64,000 nucleotides of DNA from Sminthopsis crassicaudata (Eukaryota): contig NC_133622.1 of NCBI RefSeq assembly GCF_048593235.1, positions 189,503,198-189,567,197 on the forward strand, given 5' to 3'. Position 1 is the first letter of the stretch; every line of letters starts with the position of its first letter. The position numbers and the translations under genes are program-made. Positions 60,033 to 64,000 of the stretch are shown one piece after another. The notes below the pieces were generated by a model. It did not search any database, was not told the DNA's origin, and saw only the letters and a program-made list of their open reading frames with translations.

Positions 60033-61169
60033 CTAAAGTTACTTTTACTAGCCCATCATTTTTGGACTTTCTCTTATTCTTTTGGAAAATTGGGGCATAG
60101 TGCAGTGGGTCTACACCTGGGCCTGGTGTTAGGAACACTGTACGTCAACTACTGACCTCAGATACTTAGGGGATTGTGGATTACTATTTCTATAAATTGA
60201 ATAGTTTTTATTTTTACTTTTTATAGCCCCAAAGATCACTATTTCTTGATAGAGAAAACAGAACTAAAGTAAAAATTGAGTAGTTTTGCCTTCTCTCTGT
60301 TCTTTATTATGGTTGTCCTGCTTATCTGAGTGAGTCATCCTTCTGTCTCTGTTCTTTCTCCTGCCCTCAAATGCACTTGAAAAGAAGACCCCTCCCCTTT
60401 TTGGGGTTATTTCTAATTATTTCTAACCATTTCCAGCTCATCTTAAGTTATACTGCTCTTGCTGATTTGGGCCACTTTGTCTTTTTCCTCTATTCCTTTC
60501 CCTTCCATCCATCTTCTAGCCCTATATTTAAAAAATTTAAGTTGGATGATGAGTTCCTCAGTACAGCTTACATCAGTTGATTTTGACAGCTCGCTCTTTT
60601 CATCCTCCCTAGAATCATTTGTCTTGGTGTTGTTAGAATATCATTTCTAAGCTCTTCATCCCTTCTGTGCTGAGTTATCTTGTAGAATTTTAGTCTATGA
60701 GTTCTTACCCATTTTTCTTAAGAACTCTTTGAAATCTGCTTTCTGAAAATCTAGGGTGAAGGTTAAGCTGTACCTGGCTTTCTTCTTCCTTCTCTATCAT
60801 GAATTTTTAAGATGGAGGGGTCATGTCCAAGGTTCCCATCATTTCTTCTTCAAATGGAAATCTTTCGAGTTAAATGGAATAGAGATTGATAGATGTAAAG
60901 AAAGCCTTTGCTTGGGTTTGGAGAATCAATTGCACATGGTTAATTTGGGGAGGGTGTGGCTGGGCATCTGTGCCTATAAATAAAAGATCTGGTGGTTTTT
61001 AGTAAGGGTTGCTAACTCAGTATGTGTCAATGGTGTGGCAAAGGAGTTTTTAAAAAGCTTCTTAGAACCCTAATCTTACAATGGGATTTATTGTATAGGA
61101 GGCATTCTCATTTTGTGGTGGGAAAACAGAAAGAACTGAAACTACCATGACATCAGGAAGATGCTACTA

Positions 61170-61400
61170 TGACATGCAAGTGAATTGCATTTGAACGAGG
61201 CAGGGCTGTGCAAGGTCACCTACCTCACTTTCTCCTTGGAGCCATCTGAGTGAGGTGGCCAGGTATAGATCAGGACAACTGGAGATGGCCCCAGGTGCAG
61301 GCTTTTTAAAGCTTTAACAAGTTTCATTTTACCTGAGGCAACACCCATTTGGTGATTAAGGGTAGTTAAGAAGAGAGGCAAAGAATAACCTTTTTTACCT
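61170..61400 (+). mobile_element. RTE-related marsupial SINE
   Basis: gacatgcaagtgaattgcatttg...gggctgtgcaaggtcacctacctcactttctcc...tagatcaggacaactggagatggcc; same family as 29670. Confidence 0.75.
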
Positions 61401-62049
61401 AGCCCAAAAATACCTCCCCCAAAACAAACAAACAAAAAATCCAGCCAATATATTAATGATGTAACTTGCACAGGTGATTTCCCCTCTCAATGTTCTGATC
61501 AACTCAACAGATGAGTGGTTGTTGTGTATGGTGTGTGGCAGTGGGAGTCTCTACATTGGAATTCCTTCCACTGATGAAATTGGGTGGAAGGCATAACACT
61601 AAACAATTTAATATTAAGCATCTCTACCACGAGTTAAGGACACTTTGCTGAGGCTTACATTAAAATAAAAAGTGCTTTCAACATGCAAAATGTCTTGATG
61701 ACTGTTATCATTCCCTTAAAGTTTTTTGCCAGACTTCTTTGTCCATTATTCATTCCTCTAAAGTGCACTGGACTTGATGTCCCAGAACCTGGGTTCAAAT
61801 CTAGCTTCTGTAGTACCTGTGTAACATTGGGTAAGCCACTTTTACCCTCTCTGGACCTAAGTTTCCTCATCGGTAAAATAAGAGTTGCACTTCATGACGT
61901 CCGAGGTCCCTTCAAAGTTTGGATCAAGAATCCCATGTTTCTTCTCTTCTTATATTGTCAAACTTCATGTCCTCTCCCTTTTTCTAGTTCTGCTTAGCCC
62001 ATCCTGCCCTTTGCATTATTTTATAAATTTCTGACAACAATTTCTATGC

Positions 62050-62262
62050 ATTGTTGTTGTTGTTCAGCTGTTTTTTAATCTTGTCTGATCCCACTTGGGG
62101 TTTTCTTGGCAAAGATATTGGAGTGGTTTTGCCATTTCCTTCCCCAGCTTTGTTTTACAGATGAGGAAACTGAGGCAAAGAGGATTAAGTGACTTGAGCA
62201 GGGTCACACAGCTAGTGTGTCTGAAGCTGGATTTGAACTCAGGAAGATGAATCTTCCCTGAC
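62050..62262 (-). mobile_element. Mar1-type SINE
   Basis: gttgttgttcag...ggggttttcttggcaaagatattggagtggt...ttacagatgaggaaactgaggc...ggatttgaactcaggaagatg. Confidence 0.9.
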
Positions 62263-62589
62263 TCATTGTATTATCCAGCTGACCTTATAAAACGAGAGGA
62301 ATGGTTTAGACTTTGTGTGTATATATGATGTGTGGTGTGTGTGTATCACGAGGCACTGGAAAGAACCCTGGATTTGAAGCCCACCCTGCTCTTACTGGTT
62401 GGGCGGCCAAATCTCGTTAGCCTCTGTTTCCTCATCAGAAAAATAAAAGGATTGCAATGCGTCTTCTGAGCTATTATTATCTATGATCCTTTGGCCTTGT
62501 GATCAATAAGGTCCCTTCTATTTCTAGAATCCTCCAAATGCCCCCATTAAATAGCTAATTTTTATACAGCAGGTCACAAAGCTTTCCTT

Positions 62590-62770
62590 CCCAACGACCC
62601 TGGAAGGAAGGAGATGAAGTACAAGTGTCCGTCTGACATGTCCAGATCCCGAGGCTCTGAGACAACAGTTCGGTCAAAGTCATACGGCTGGCAAACCTTA
62701 CAGTCAAACCCAGGTCTTTTGTCACCAGGTCTGGAATTGGGGACACTGAAGCGTGGCCTGCTAGCCCCAG
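62590..62770. promoter_or_regulatory. Putative enhancer with DR1-like nuclear-receptor site
   Basis: CGGTCAAAGTCAT at 62671-62683; six CpG in about 170 bp of non-repeat DNA. Confidence 0.3.
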
Positions 62771-63289
62771 CCTGTGGGAACCCTCCAGGCCCCTGTGAGC
62801 TCACTGTTTCCAGGAGGGAGCTTTGGGGCTGGGGTTTCCTGGAAGCGGAACAATATAACCTAATCAGGGTGGGGCTGGTTTGAGATTAGGAAGTGGGGCT
62901 TGGTCTCCAGAGAAAACAAGAAAAGGCTTACTCTTTTTTCCACCCTTCCCCCCTTGCAAGCCAATAGAATATCTCTCCTTGGTCTTTCCTGACAGGTTCT
63001 GCTCCCTTGGAAAAGTCCACATAGACCTGGGTCCTTTGGACCTTTACTTTAAAAGAAAGAAAAAAAAAAAAAAAAAAAAAGAAAGAAAATTCTTGCTCCT
63101 TCCTGTCCCCAGGCCAGAAGAAGGACTCATGGACATTCATTGGAAAGTTTGGACACTTTGGGAGGGCCGCCATCCTGATATCTGGGGATGAGGAGCCAAG
63201 GAGTTTGTAAACTCAAAATCAAAGAATCACAGAAAGTTAAAACTAGTTCAAATGACTTGTGGGTAATGGTTTTTGTTGTTTGTTTCTAA

Positions 63290-63490
63290 CCATTCCTTTC
63301 TCTTCATGAGCTCTTTTGGCATTTCCTTGGCAAAGATACCGGAATGGTTTGCCATCAACTTTTCTATTGATTCTTACAGATGAAGAAACTTGAAGCATCA
63401 GAGGTTAAGTGACTTTTGCCCAGGGTTACCTTCAACAAATGTCTGGCCAGGTCTTCCTGACTCCAAGCTAGGCCCTCTCTCCACTGTAGC
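63290..63490 (-). mobile_element. Mar1-type SINE
   Basis: ccttggcaaagataccggaatggtttgcca...cttacagatgaagaaact...ttaagtgactt...tcttcctgactcc. Confidence 0.75.
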
Positions 63491-64000
63491 ACATTGTACA
63501 AGCAGCCATCTTAAATTTTTTTGAATCTCTGCTGACAGGTACAGAGTTTTTAATATAGTAACCGTTTAATAAATGCTTATTAAATTGAATTGAAGAGATC
63601 AGACAACATTGTGTAGTCAGTGGAAAGACCACTGGCTTGGGAATCCCAAGATGAGTTTTCTAATACCAGCTGAGTCACAATTCCTGTGCTTGCTGACCTT
63701 GGGTAGTATATTCAGCAACAGAATGAACCTGTTAGATTAGATGGTCTCTAAGGTCTCTGGAGGTCAACTCTAATTCCTATGATCCTATGTCCTGTGTCAA
63801 GCCCCTGAGGTCTCCCTGCTTATCTAGGAATCTTACAAGCTCTGCCCAACAAGATATGGAGAGACACACTCAGCCTGATTTATTTATTGAGAAACGTGGG
63901 AATTTGGCTGCACCCACTCTATCAGGGTTCAAGGGGAGAGGGATGCAGGAGCCCTGGCTTAATGTCAGTAATAATTCATATTTCTGTAGGAGTGAAGGTT

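Larger units (their letters stand above)
58860..61160 (-). mobile_element. Long decayed CR1/L3 ORF2 (RT) remnant interrupted by SINEs
   Basis: 59564-59593 on the minus strand translates KFSADIKLGG, matching the CR1 RT motif KFADDTKLGG; flanking L3-like sequence on both sides of the SINE insertions; outer boundaries uncertain. Confidence 0.65.

Noticed and set aside
1-64000. Assignment to a named host gene
   Set aside because: No exon translated to a protein I recognise; naming a gene would be a guess

Overview
Repeat-dense mammalian genomic DNA with five assembly gaps. The repeat families (WSINE1-type and Mar1-type SINEs, MIRs, marsupial-type L1 3' ends, RTE-related SINE, L2, CR1/L3, hAT MITEs) and strong CpG depletion point to a marsupial, probably an Australian dasyurid (inference). 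I could not recognise any protein-coding gene; the supplied ORFs are best explained by microsatellites, gaps and repeat remnants, so the window looks intronic or intergenic. The most informative structures are: (1) a three-level nest of L1 insertions at 20.9-22.5 kb, whose innermost antisense copy is 5'-truncated at the position homologous to its own insertion site (16-bp perfect inverted repeat); (2) two L1 copies of different subfamilies truncated at the same nucleotide, plus two candidate 3' transductions; (3) two short non-repeat modules duplicated 1.3 and 2.05 kb apart; (4) a 33-bp A-B-C-B-C-A minisatellite next to a CCAAT/palindrome/octamer promoter-like segment; (5) CpG-retaining enhancer-like islands (33.1, 51.6, 62.7 kb) and a few exon-like segments with good splice signals, mostly on the minus strand. 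Repeat family names come from recognition by eye, not from a database search, and most repeat boundaries are approximate.
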